From positions 62,001 to 126,000 of the forward strand of contig NIVC01002258.1 of the NCBI GenBank assembly GCA_002269645.1: DNA of 64,000 nucleotides, in the 5' to 3' direction. The stretch is from Macrostomum lignano. Its lineage: Eukaryota. The translations under genes were made by a program, and so were the position numbers. Shown here one piece after another: positions 33,790-47,253 of the stretch (the first letter of the stretch is position 1; each line of letters starts with the position of its first letter). The notes beneath the pieces were generated by a model that saw only the letters and a list, made by a program, of their open reading frames with translations, did not search any database and had not been told where the DNA came from.

Positions 33790-36700
33790 TCAGCTGACGT
33801 CGTCTTGGAAAGCGTCACGAACGCCAACAGCGCAAACCTGGAAATGGAAACAGTTTAAGTTGGTATTAATCAGCCGGGGGTCCTATAGGTTCGAGTTTTC
33901 AAAAGTTCTATCCACCACCCAATTATTCTTTAGTGGGCTGCCGCCCATCCGAAAGCAGAAGATACCCCCACCTCCTCCAAAAGCAAAAGACACCCAGCCC
34001 CCTCCAAAAGCAGAAGACACTTAGCACCCTCCAAAAGCAGAAGACACCTAGCCCACTCTAATAGCAGAAGACACCTGCCCCTCCAAAAGCAGAAGACACC
34101 TAGCCCACTCTAATAGCAGAAGACACCTGCCCCTCCAAAAGCAGAAGACACCCAGCCCACCCTAATAGCAGAAGACACCTGCCTCCCTCCAAAAGCAGAA
34201 GACACCCAGCCCACTCTAATAGCAGAAGACACCTGCCCCTCCAAAAGCAGAAGACACCCAGCCCACCCTAATAGCAGAAGACACCTGCCTCCCTCCAAAA
34301 GCAGAAGACACCCAGCCCACTCTAATAGCAGAAGACACCTGCCTCCCTTCAAAAGCAGAAGACACCCAGCCCACTCTAATAGCAGAAGACACCTGCCTCC
34401 TTCAAAAGCAGAAGACACCCAGCCCACTCTAATAGCAGAAGACACCTGCCCCCCCGTCCAAAAGCAGAAGACACCCACCTGGAACACGGCGCTGCTGCCA
34501 GCCCGCACGGCCGGATGCTTCAAGACGCGCATCCTTCGCCGCTGATCCTCGCAACCGCCGCCGCCCCCGCCCCCTTCGAGTCGCTCGATCACCAGCCGAA
34601 TGTTGCACACGTGGCACCAACTGGGCCCCAGCGCCGGCTCCACCCGCGAGTCAGCAGCATCCGTCAAACCGAACCGGGTGGTCATCTGGTTGGTGCACAG
34701 CACGGCCAGCCGGCAGCTGACGGCCAGGCGGGTGAGCAGGGCGGCGAGCTCGGCGAGCTGGCGGTTCCTCTGTCCCGCATTGTCGAACTCGTAGCGAAAC
34801 GGCGAGGCGATGGAGTCCAGCACGATTAGCCGGACGTGCGGGTGACCGACTAAAAACCTCTCCAGCGATTCGTGGGCGAACGCGCACAGCTGCACGTGGG
34901 ACAGGCAGCGAAAGTAGTATATGTTGGACATGACCTGCTCCACTGTGAGGCTGCTGACTTCGTTTAGCGCTTTCAGGTGCTCCTGCAGTTTTGGGATTTC
35001 GGAGAATAAGAAAATGGCAAGAGAATAGTGAGGAAGAAAAAAGATGTTTGAAAGAGAATTGGGAAGGGAGGAAGGGAGTAGGGAATAAGTGAAAGGGGAA
35101 GAAAGTGAATGGGGAAGAGAATGAATGGGGAAGAGAGTGAAAGGGGAAGAGAGTGAATGGGGAAGAGAGTGAAAGGGGAAGAGAATGAATGGGGAAGAGA
35201 GTGAAAGGGGAAGAGAGTGAATGGGGAAGAGAGTGAAAGGGGAAGAGAGTGAATAGGGAAGAGAGTGAAAGGGGAAGAGAGTGAAAGGGGAAGAGAGTGA
35301 ATGGGGAAGAGAGTGAAAGGGGAAGAGAGTGAAAGGGGAAGAGAGTGAATGGGGAAGAGAGTGAATGGGGAATAGAGTGAAAGGGGAAGAGAGTGAAAGG
35401 GGAAGAGAGTGAAAGGGGAAGAGAGTGAAAGGGGAAGAGAGTGAATGGGGAAGAGAGTGAAAGGGGAAGAGAGTGAAAGGGGAAGAGAGTGAAAGGGGAA
35501 GAGAGTGAAAGGGGAAGAGAGTGAAAGGGGAAGAGAATGAATGGGGAAGAGAGTGAATGGGGAAGAGAGTGAAAGGGGAAGAGAGTGAAAGGGGAAGAGA
35601 GTGAAAGGGGAAGAGAGTGAAAGGGGAAGAGAGTGAAAGGGGAAGAGAGTGAAAGGGGAAGAGAGTGAATGGGGAAGAGAGTGAAAGGGGAAGAGAGTGA
35701 AAGGGGAAGAGAGTGAAAGGGGAAGAGAGTGAAAGGGGAAGAGAGTGAATGGGGAAGAGAATGAAGAACGAAGAATAGAGGAAGATTGGGAAGAGAGTGA
35801 CTGGGGAAGAGAATGAAGAACGAAGAATAGAGGAAGATTGGGAAGAGAGTGAATGGGGAAGAGAATGAAGAACGAAGAATAGAGGAAGATTGGGAAGACA
35901 GCCAAGTGGGGAAGACGAGGAAGGTGGAAAGAACGAAAACGGGATTGACAAAACCGGGAATTTTTGAAAAAAAACCGCACATCACTGCCTCTCCCCCGAA
36001 CCTTCGTCAGCGGCCCGTCGCCGCCGTCTCCGCCACCTTCTACCCCGTTGCCGTCGTCGTCGTCGCCGGGTGGGAGACGCCGCTGCCGCATTCGGTCGGC
36101 CAGACGGCGGCAGTGCAGCAGCAGGCCGGAGGCGATCTGCGCCTGCCGCCTGGGCGAGAAGCTGCCCTCGGTGTCCAGATAGACGGCGCCGCCTTGGAGG
36201 CCGCCCAGCGCGGCAGGCAGCTGCACGGAGGCGCACAGCTGCATGCACAGCTGGGTCTTGCCCGAGCCGGCACTGCCAGCCAGTTCTGTGAGCTGGCAGA
36301 GCGACAGGCCGCCCTGCAGGAGCCGGTCCACGCTGGCCGACATGCTGGGCACCGCGCGGCTGAGAATGGCATATTTATATGCTCATTGTTGGGTATAGAA
36401 AATGGCACATCTATTCTACTCTAATAGAAAATGGCACATCCATTCTACTCTAATAGAAAATGGCACATCTATTCTACTCTAATAGAAATGGCACATCTAT
36501 TCTACTCTAATAGAAAATGGCACATCTATTCTACTCTAATAGAAATGGCACATCTATTCTAATCTAATAGAAAATGGCACATCTATTCTACTCTAATAGA
36601 AAATGGCACATCTATAATCTAAAGACATCTATTCTAATCTAATAGAAAATGGCACATCTATTCTAATCTAATAGAAATGGCACATCTATTCTAATCTAAT

Positions 36701-37194
36701 AGAAAATGGCACATCTATCCTACTCTAATAGAAAATGGCACATCTATTCTACTCTAATAGAAAATGGCACATCTATTCTCACATCTATTCTACTCTAATA
36801 GAAAATGGCACATCTATTCTCACATCTATTCTACTCTAATAGAAAATGACACATCTATTGTATTAGAAAGCGGCAGTTAACCAACCTTCTAGCCACATCA
36901 AGTAGCAGAGTTTCCGCAGTGTCTGGCAGCCGAAAGCCGCCGCAGCCGCCGCCGCCGTCGTTGGTGCACCTGGCCAGAGCGTCCCGCACAGTCAGCTGCA
37001 TTCGCCTGCACTGATCCAGCGGCTGGCCCAGCCGGGCCGCCAGCTCAGCCGGCGGGGTCAGCAGGCAGTGGCGGACAAGGCAGAGACCCGCTCCCAGCAG
37101 ACGGGACTTCAACTCGCTTGGCAGCGGCAGGCTGCGGATGTCCTCCTCCTGGAGTCCGTGGAGGTCATGGGGGTCGCGTCGACTCTCTACTCAT
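33790..37194 (-). CDS. RAD51C: RAD51 paralog C
   Basis: Exons 37194-36886, 36359-36002, 34982-34479, 33837-33790. Walker [36 protein letters not shown], Walker [22 protein letters not shown]-x-H, C-terminal FQV-x-x-x-GVRD. The ATG at 37194 is one base out of frame with the rest (see findings). Confidence 0.92.
33985..34478. repeat. Composite ~60-mer built on CAGAAGACACC (sense strand GGTGTCTTCTG)
   Basis: Last RAD51C intron; the unit repeats the donor-proximal sequence. Confidence 0.93.
35050..35895. repeat. Purine 16-mer (GAGAGTGAAAGGGGAA)n
   Basis: RAD51C intron. Confidence 0.96.
36395..36860. repeat. 29-mer (AATAGAAAATGGCACATCTATTCTACTCT)n, internally palindromic
   Basis: RAD51C intron; AATAGA/TCTATT arms in each unit. 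Confidence 0.94.
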
Positions 37195-37309
37195 ACTAAT
37201 GCAGTACTATTGAAGTCTGACTTAATGCCTACAATCTAATTGATAAATTCAGGACTGAGATCAGAATGAGATATTAGAAAAAAGTATACACAATACAAAA
37301 CAAAGGTAC

Positions 37310-38755
<1,446 letters not shown>

Positions 38756-39459
38756 ACGCACTCACAAATAAGGCAGAAGATGGCACTGTCAGACGCAATA
38801 GAAGACAGAAACTCAAAAAGCAAAACCACGCAGAGATCTCTAATCGAACGTTTAGCCCCCTTCCTACAATATACGAGCTATTAATAAAGCACAACCAAGG
38901 CGAAAGCAGCGAATGAATTATAGCGGCCCAGCAATAAAAGTCAATTTGCATCGGAGCGGCAGGCAGTGGCAGACAGGCAGTTTAGAGAGACAGCACGCAT
39001 TGCCTGTAGATTCAGCTGTAAATCGCTTGAAAACAGGGAGCAGAGGCACCGACCAGACAGGGATCAGGGAGAGCTGAACTGGGGAGTAGGGGGGGGAACA
39101 GAAAATCGATAGCTGATCCGGAACTCGCCGAGCTAATCGGGACAGAGAAGCGGAGCAGCGGCCTACCCTGTGTTGCAATTTTTTTGTTCGTTTATAAGAG
39201 CAAAAAAATGTCCAGAAAGCGCTAAAAAATTTTTCCCACAATTGGGGTTGGTGCAGGGAGAGGACAGAGAAACTGCTCAAAAGCCCAACTCAATAATGCG
39301 AAGTGCAAGTCTGCTGTGATTTCTAGTTTTTCTTGCTGCAAGGAAAAGGAAAAACCTGGTATAATAGAGAACTCCCAAGGGTGGCACCACTTGCATAGCA
39401 ACTACAGCCAACTTGAAAACTAAGAGAAATAAAGAGCTACTCAGCTTCAGACACAAAAT

Positions 39460-40703
39460 ATGCCAGGACCAGATGATGAGCCAATTCATAATGGCACTCT
39501 GACCGTGATCAGAAAGATCGGTGAGTACATTCGGGAAGTAGACAGTAGAATGATAGTTTAGAGAGAAGTAGACGATATTAATAAAGGATAAGTGAGCATG
39601 AGAAGTAGACTGGTGAAAGGAGGATCAGAAATAGGAGATAAATCGACAGGGGAAGTGAGAGTGGCAGAGAGAAGTAAACAGAGGGAGTAAGAGAGGCAGA
39701 GAGAAGTAGACAGGGGAAGTGAGAGTGGCAGAGAGAAGTAGACTGGGGAAGTGAGAGTGGCAGAGAGAAGTAGACAGGGGAAGTGAGTGGCAGAGAGAAG
39801 TAGACAGGGGAAGTGAGTGGCAGAGTAGACAGGGGACGTGAGAGTGGCAGAGTAGACAGGGGAAGTGAGAGTAGCAGATAGAAGTAGACAGGGGAAGTGA
39901 GAGTGGCAGAGAGAAGTAGACAGGGGAAGTGAGAGTGGCAGAGAAAAGTAGACAGGGGAAGTGAGCGGCAGAGAGAAGTAGACAGGGGAAGTGAGTGGCA
40001 GAGTAGACAGGGGACGTGAGAGTGGCAGATAGAAGTAGACAGGGGAAGTGAGAGTGGCAGAGTAGACAGGGGACGTGAGAGTAGCAGATAGAAGTAGACT
40101 GGGGAAGTGAGAGTGGCAGAGTAGACAGGGGAAGTGAGAGTAGCAGATAGAAGTAGACAGGGGAAGTGAGAGTGGCAGAGTAGACAGGGGAAGTGAGAGT
40201 AGCAGATAGAAGTAGACAGGGGAAGTGAGAGTGGCAGAGTAGACAGGGGACGTGAGAGTGGCAGAGAGAAGTAGACAGGGGAAGTGAGTGGCAGAGAGAA
40301 GTAGACAAGGGAAGTGAGTGGCAGAGAGAAGTAGACAGGGGAAGTGAGAGTGGCAGATAGAAGTACATGTAGACAGGGGAAGTGAGAGTGGCAGAGAGAA
40401 GTAGACAGGGGAAGTGAGAGTGGCAGATAGAAGTAGACAGGGGAAGTGAGAGTGGCAGAGAGAAGTAGACAGGGGAAGTGGGAATCGCAGAGAGAAGTAG
40501 ACAGGGGAAGTGGGAGTCGCAGAGTAGGCAGGGGAGTTGCTGAATGCTTCCCCATATAATTGCAGTGCCGATTTACACGTGGGGATTTCTGCTGCTAGTC
40601 TGCTTCCTATTCATAATGCTGCTATTCGCATTTCTCTACATGGAGCAGCTGCTATGCTTCGGCTATTGCAAAGGTCGCACCTGTTGCGACACCAAATCTA
40701 GCG
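39460..40703 (+). CDS. Small single-pass membrane protein of unknown family (3' end unresolved)
   Basis: Exons 39460-39520 (MPGPDDEPIHNGTLTVIRKI, donor GTGAGT) and 40566-40703 (VPIYTWGFLLLVCFLFIMLLFAFLYMEQLLCFGYCKGRTCCDTKSS, donor GTGAGT) are phase-compatible. N-glycosylation sequon, hydrophobic helix, juxtamembrane cysteines. Confidence 0.55.
39600..40530. repeat. Purine-rich ~30-mer (GTAGACAGGGGAAGTGAGAGTGGCAGAGAGAA)n
   Basis: Fills the intron of the small membrane-protein gene. Confidence 0.95.
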
Positions 40704-41089
40704 GTGAGTTTGAGATAGCAATTTTTGTTTTCAATTGTTATTTATTGCGAGATTTTTCTACTTCAAAGTAGCATGTACTTGAGATAGATAAGGCACTATC
40801 GTTCGGAAAGCTTCTATCCTTTGCGTTGAACAACATTCTAGCCTCAAAGTTGGACGTCAGTAAGTAAAATTTATGCGCACTGGTGATTACCCTTAGTAGC
40901 TAGCAAATGTTTATAAAATGTTTCTTTTTGTCGCTCTTGCTTGATATTATTCAACCTTTGCTTGAGCAATTCGGTGAAAGACCGAAGCATAAAAGGAGCC
41001 ACGGGGTGTGCTTTCGAGTTAAGAACCTCTGTGCTGATGCTTATTTAAATTAACTACGAAACCCTTCTTTGCGGCCACAGATACCCGCT

Positions 41090-41452
41090 TTGGTAGATCC
41101 AGATACCCACTTTGTAGACTCAAATATCCATTTGGTAGACCTAGATAACCACGTGATAGACTCAGATACCCACTTGGTAGACCCAGATACCCCCTTGGTA
41201 GACCCAGATACCCACTTGGTAGACCCAGATACCAACTTGGTAGCCCTAGATACCCACTTTGTAGACCCAGATACCCACTTGGTAGACTCAGATACCAACT
41301 TGGTAGCCCCAGATACCAACTTGGTAGCCCTAGATACCCACTTTGTAGACCCAGATACCCACTTTGTAGACCCAGATACCCACTTTGTAGACCCAGATAC
41401 CCATTTGGTAGACTCTGATACCCACTTTTTAGACCCAGATACCCACTTGGTA
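41090..41452. repeat. 21-mer (GTAGACCCAGATACCCACTT[TG])n
   Basis: Tandem copies. Confidence 0.92.
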
Positions 41453-42124
41453 GTCGCCATAACCACTGTGCAACCTCATATCAAGAATGGAAAACGCATA
41501 TTTTGCACTAATTTGTTATTTTTACTTAATTAATACTCCACACAGACAATTCCTGATAACTATTAACTAACTAGTGTTTCGAAAATTGTTATTTTGCAAG
41601 GCAAAGGTGTGAAAGGTTATTAATATTAACTCTTATATAAACTAACATCCTACCCAAGTTGCTTATGAATAAGAATTAAAAATAGTAACACACAAGACTC
41701 AGTTAAGTCCAATCAAAAAAGGAAATTCTTTCACAGCATTATTCGGCAGTCAGAAATAAGGTTAAACAAACAGAGCCAAGGTTTTATTATTACAATTTTC
41801 GCCAGTCTGAAGAGGTGTTGAAAATTATTTTATTATTTAATTAGCCAGATATAGAACTCAGACCAGAAGATTGAATGCTTAAATATTATTGGCCATCATC
41901 ATTTATAACTTATACGCAGAGGCATTAGGAGACAAGTGTAAATAATAGTAAAATGCCGCGTCGAAGCAATGCAAATTGAATACTATTTATAGTAGTACAA
42001 GTAGGTTAAACAGAGGGGTTTTTGCAACAGTTTCCGGACTGCGAAACCGTTTGAGATGCAGAGCAAATCTTGCATTAATTTTTTTCAATCATGAAGTACG
42101 AATGCGTTTCATGAAAGAACTGTC

Positions 42125-43555
42125 AGTAGAAGGGTCTGTGGGTCTGTAGGAGGGGTCTGTAGAAGGTTCTGTAGGGGGGGTCTGTAGAAGGGTCTGTTGG
42201 AGGGGTCTGTAGAAGGGTCTGTAGGAGGGGTCTGTAGAAGGTTCTGTAGGGGGGGTCTGTAGAAGGTTCTGTAGGGGGGGTCTGTAGAAGGGTCTGTAAG
42301 AGGGGTCTGTAGGAGGGGTCTGTAGAAGGGTCTGTAGGATGGGTCTGTTGGGTCTGTAGAAGGGTCTGTAGGAGGGGTCTGTAGAAGGCTCGGTAGGAGG
42401 GGTCTGTAGGAGGGGTCTGTTGGAGGGGTCTGTAGAAGGGTCTGTAGGAGGGGTCTGTCGGAGGGGTCTGTAGAAGAGTCTGTAGGAGGGGTCTGTAGAA
42501 GGGTCTGTAGAAGGGTCTGTAGGAGGGGTCTGTAGAAGGGTCTGTAGGAGGGGTATGTTGGGTCTGTAGAAGAGTCTGTAGGAGGGGTCTGTAGAAGGGT
42601 CTGTAGGAGGGGTCTGTAGAAGGCTCGGTAGGAGGGGTCTGTAGGAGGGGTCTGTAGAAGGCTCGGTAGGAGGGGTCTGTAGGAGGGGTCTGTTGGAGGG
42701 GTCTGTAGAAGGGTCTGTAGGAGGGGTATGTTGGGTCTGTAGAAGGGTCTGTAGGAGGGGTCCGTCGGAGGGGTCTGTAGAAGAGTCTGTAGGAGGGGTC
42801 TGTAGAAGGCTCGGTAGGAGGGGTCTGTAGGAGGGGTCTGTTGGAGGGGTCTGTCGAAGGGTCTGTAGGAGGGGTATGTTGGGTCTGTAGAAGGGTCTGT
42901 AGGAGGGGTCCGTCGGAGGGGTCTGTAGAAGAGTCTGTAGGAGGGGTCTGTAGAAGGGTCTGTAGGAGGGGTCTGTAGAAGGCTCGGTAGGAGGGGTCTG
43001 TAGGAGGGGTCTGTAGAAGGCTCGGTAGGAGGGGTCTGTAGGAGGGGTCTGTTGGAGGGGTCTGTAGAAGGGTCTGTAGGAGGGGTATGTTGGGTCTGTA
43101 GAAGGGTCTGTAGGAGGGGTCCGTCGGAGGGGTCTGTAGAAGAGTCTGTAGGAGGGGTCTGTAGAAGGCTCGGTAGGAGGGGTCTGTAGGAGGGGTCTGT
43201 TGGAGGGGTCTGTAGAAGGGTCTGTAGGAGGGGTATGTTGGGTCTGTAGAAGGGTCTGTAGGAGGGGTCCGTCGGAGGGGTCTGTAGAAGAGTCTGTAGG
43301 AGGGGTCTGTAGAAGGGTCTGTAGGAGGGGTCTGTTGGAGGGGTCTGTAGAAGGGTCTGTAGGAGGGGTCTGTTGGAGGGGTCTGTAGAAGGGTCTGTAG
43401 GAGGGGTCTGTTGGGTCTGTAGAAGGGTCTGTAGGAGGGGTCTGTAGGAGGGGTCTGTAGAAGGCTCGGTAGGAGGGGTCTGTAGGAGGGGTCTGTTGGA
43501 GGGGTCTGTAGAAGGGTCTGTAGGAGGGGTCTGTAGAAGGGTCTGTAGGAGGGGT
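42125..43555. repeat. GTCTGTAG(A/G)AGG(G)-based minisatellite with higher-order structure
   Basis: 12-13-mer monomers; the variant blocks GGTATGTTGG / CCGTCGG / GCTCGG recur in fixed order. Confidence 0.95.
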
Positions 43556-43860
43556 CGGTCTGGTGCGACGCTCTGATGCGTCAGTGGTTTGGGGTCGATT
43601 CCAAGTTGGGGCTAAATTGGAATCTCGGCTTGGCTCTCTGCTCGTGCAACTAACGCCATTTGAGGGCCAACCCCCAAGGCACAGTGAAGTGTACATGCCA
43701 ACGATAAATAAAGTTAGGGCTGCTGTACACTCCTGTGTGAGTGTGTGCCTGTGCGTATGACTGCGTACGTATCCGCGCGCTTGTGTGCCTGCTCAGGGGA
43801 GTCGGCGGAATGGGCAGCAATGCCTCTCACCGGTTGTGTGACAATGTCGCTATTACAGTC
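43556..43860 (+). mobile_element. Possible degenerate tRNA-derived SINE
   Basis: B-box-like GGGTCGATTCC at ~43592 preceded by TGG...; GC-richer than the flanks; no clear tail or TSD. Confidence 0.25.
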
Positions 43861-44286
43861 ACTGTGGTAGTTTTCCTCTACCGTTGAAGTGCTATTGGCT
43901 CTCCTTTAGTGTGGCAGAATTTTTTGTCAATGCATTGCTTCCTTAAAGTGACAGAAAAGATGGTCATTTTCCCCGTGTTATCCAATCAGCAAGTCGTCTA
44001 TGGCAAATGTATTTAAAACTGATACAAGTTTTGCTCAGCAAGTCAAATCATTCTGGCAGTTTTACTATTCAGAGTAACGCCCTCACAGAAAAACAAATTG
44101 AATAAACAAAAAGTTGACAGTTGTTGCCGGCCTCCTAGTGAGGCTAAAAATAGACTTTTGCTTCCACCGCGCATAAATAATTTTTTTAGTCTAAAATAAA
44201 AAGCCGAGGCTTATTGTAAAATCGAATTAGATTAAAAAAATTCGCAATAAAGCCGGTGCAAGCATTAAAGAGATTAAGATGGCCTC

Positions 44287-47096
44287 TTAAAGCTTCTTTG
44301 ACAACCGTCTGGCCTTCTTGTTGACTGGCTGCTGCGATTCCGCATCGCCTGCCGACCTGTCTCCCACCAGACTGGAGCCCGGCTCGGTCTTTGCTTTGAT
44401 TCGCTCCGAGAGCAGCTGAGCGCCTCGATATTGACGTTTGAGCGCCGACTGGAGGGCTGTCGCAAAGCCACCGCCGCCTCCGCCCAGCAACAGGGTGGCA
44501 ACGCGATCCCGGAGGCTGCAGTCTTCGGGACAGCTTTCGTACAGTCTGCGGTCGGGGCGAGGCGAATTGGTGACTGGTTGGAACTCAATAGGGAATATTG
44601 AGGAATGCGGGAGAAGTATGGGAGGGGTGGGAGAAATATGAGGGGATGAGAGAAATGTGGGGGATGAGAGAAATATAGGAAAGATGGGAGAAATATGGGA
44701 AGAAGGGGGAGCCGGGAGAATAATGGGGAGAAGGGGAAGCCAGGAGAAATATGGGGAGAAGGGGAAGCCGGGAGAAATATGGCGAGAATGGGAAGCCGGG
44801 AGAAATATGAGGAGAATGGGAAGCCGGGAGAAATATGAGGAGAATGGGAAGCCGGGAGAAATATGAGGAGAATGGGAAGCCGGGAGAAATATGGAGAGAA
44901 TGGGAAGCCGGGAGAAATATGGGAGAAGGGGAAGCCGGGAGAAATATGAGGAGAATGGGAAGCCGGGAGAAATATGGGGAGAATGGGAAGCCGGGAGAAA
45001 TATGGGGAGAATGGGAAGCCGGGAGAAATATGGGAGAAGGGGGAAGACGGGAGGAATATGGGGAGAATGGGAAGCCGGGAGAAATATGGGGAGAATGGGA
45101 AGCCGGGAGAAATATGGGGAGAATGGGAGGCCGGGAGAAATATGGGGAGAATGGGAAGCCGGGAGAAATATGGGGAGAATGGGAAGCCGGGAGAAATATG
45201 GGGAGAATGGGAAGCCGGGAGAAATATGGGGAGAATGGGAAGCCGGGAGAAATATGGGGAGAATGGGAAGCCGGGAGAAATATGGGGAGAATGGGAAGCC
45301 GGGAGAAATATGGGGAGAAGGGGAAGCCGGGAGAAATATGGGGAGAATGGGAAGCCGGGAGAAATATGAGGAGAATGGGAAGCCGGGAGAAATATGGGGA
45401 GAATGGGAAGCCGGGAGAAATATGGGAGAAGGGGGAAGACGGGAGGAATATGGGGAGAATGGGAAGCCGGGAGAAATATGGGAGAAGGGGGAAGCCGGGA
45501 GAAATATGGGGAGAATGGGAAGCCGGGAAAAATATGGGGAGAAAGGGGAAGATGGGAGGAATACAGTGTACAGAAGGTACATCAGCGGTCAGCAAGACTC
45601 ACTGCAGCAGGAAGAAGCAGCCCCGGTTGCAGGCCAGCCAGGACACAATGTTCTCGTCAGTGACAAAATCGTTAATTAGTCTAACTAGATCGGGCGCCGA
45701 AGGTAGCAATCGTTTAAGCATCAGGTGGCCGGCTGAGCACTCGATAATGTGCTGTTGCTGCTGCTGCTGGTCTGACTCGTCGCCAGATGATTGCGACGTG
45801 GGATTCTGGCAGGGCACAAACGGCTGGCGGATGAGGTCGGCCAGAGCAGCGTAGCAGGCGGACTTCTCGCCTGAGGGGAGCAGATTGATTGAGGATGAAT
45901 AATAGTTCTGCGGCTGGGTCATTGGGTTATGGCATGGGAGCCGAGGCTCATGCAGTTTGGTCATTGGGACAGAGGGTCATGCAGTTTGGTCATTGGGACA
46001 GAGGGTCATGCAGTTTGGTCATTGGGACAGAGGGTCATGCAGTTTGGTCATTGGGACAGAGGGTCATGCAGTTTGGTCATTGGGACAGAGGGTCATGCAG
46101 TTTGGTCATGCAATTAGGTCATGGGTAATGATAGGGTAATGAGTAATAATACGGTCATGGGTAATGATAGTGTCATGGGTAATGATAAGGTCATGAGTAA
46201 TGATAGGGTCATGGGTAATGATAGGGTAATTGGTAATGATAGGGTCATGGGTAATGATAGGGTCATTGGTAATGATAGGGTCATAGGTAATGATAGGGCC
46301 ATGGGTAATGATAGGGTCATAGGAACTGACAGTAATGAGAAATGAGCCTCACCGAGACAGTGCCGCAGGGTGTCCTGCACAAATAGAATGGTGCCGTTAG
46401 CTTGGCACAGTTCTGCCATCCGGCCGCTAACATGCGACAGCAGCCGGCTTGAGCACAGACTCAGAGCGCGATGAAGCCGCTCGCGAAGCTGCTCAGTAGT
46501 GACCGAATTCTCCTCAACGGCGGATTTACCGCCAGCACCAGCAGCAGCGGGCGGCAGTATCAGCGACATCAGCTGAGGAGAAAAGTGCAGAGGATCTCTA
46601 GGAGACAGCAGGTAGAGCAGCACCTTGCGGCCGAACTGGCTGTCAATCAATTCTTGAAGCGAGTCGAACAGCTCGCGCAGGACGAGTTTGTGCAGCTCCT
46701 CCGGGGTGAGCCAGTGGCGCTCGGCCAGGCTGAGCACGAACAGGTAGCCGTGCTCGTTGCACGCAGAGGTGCACAGGAATGTCTTCATGCTCTTCAGGGC
46801 CCGCTTCAGGTCTTTGTGCGACAGGTGGCGCACCACTAGCAGGGCCACTTTGACGCCCTCTCTGGCGGAGGGAGGTTGCGGTTGTTCAATAAATTATGGG
46901 GGGTTTAATCTTCAATGGCATGCTCAGAGAAATATATACACTGCAAACAGACGGAAAGACAGACAGACAGATACAGCCAGAGAGACAGACATACAGACGG
47001 ACGGACAGACACAGACAGACAGACAGAATGTGACAGACAGGCAGACTGTGACAGACAGACAGACAGACAGATACAGCCAGAGACAGACACACAGAT

Positions 47097-47127
<31 letters not shown>

Positions 47128-47149
47128 CACACACAGACAGACAGAATGT

Positions 47150-47181
<32 letters not shown>

Positions 47182-47184
47182 GGC

Positions 47185-47253
<69 letters not shown>

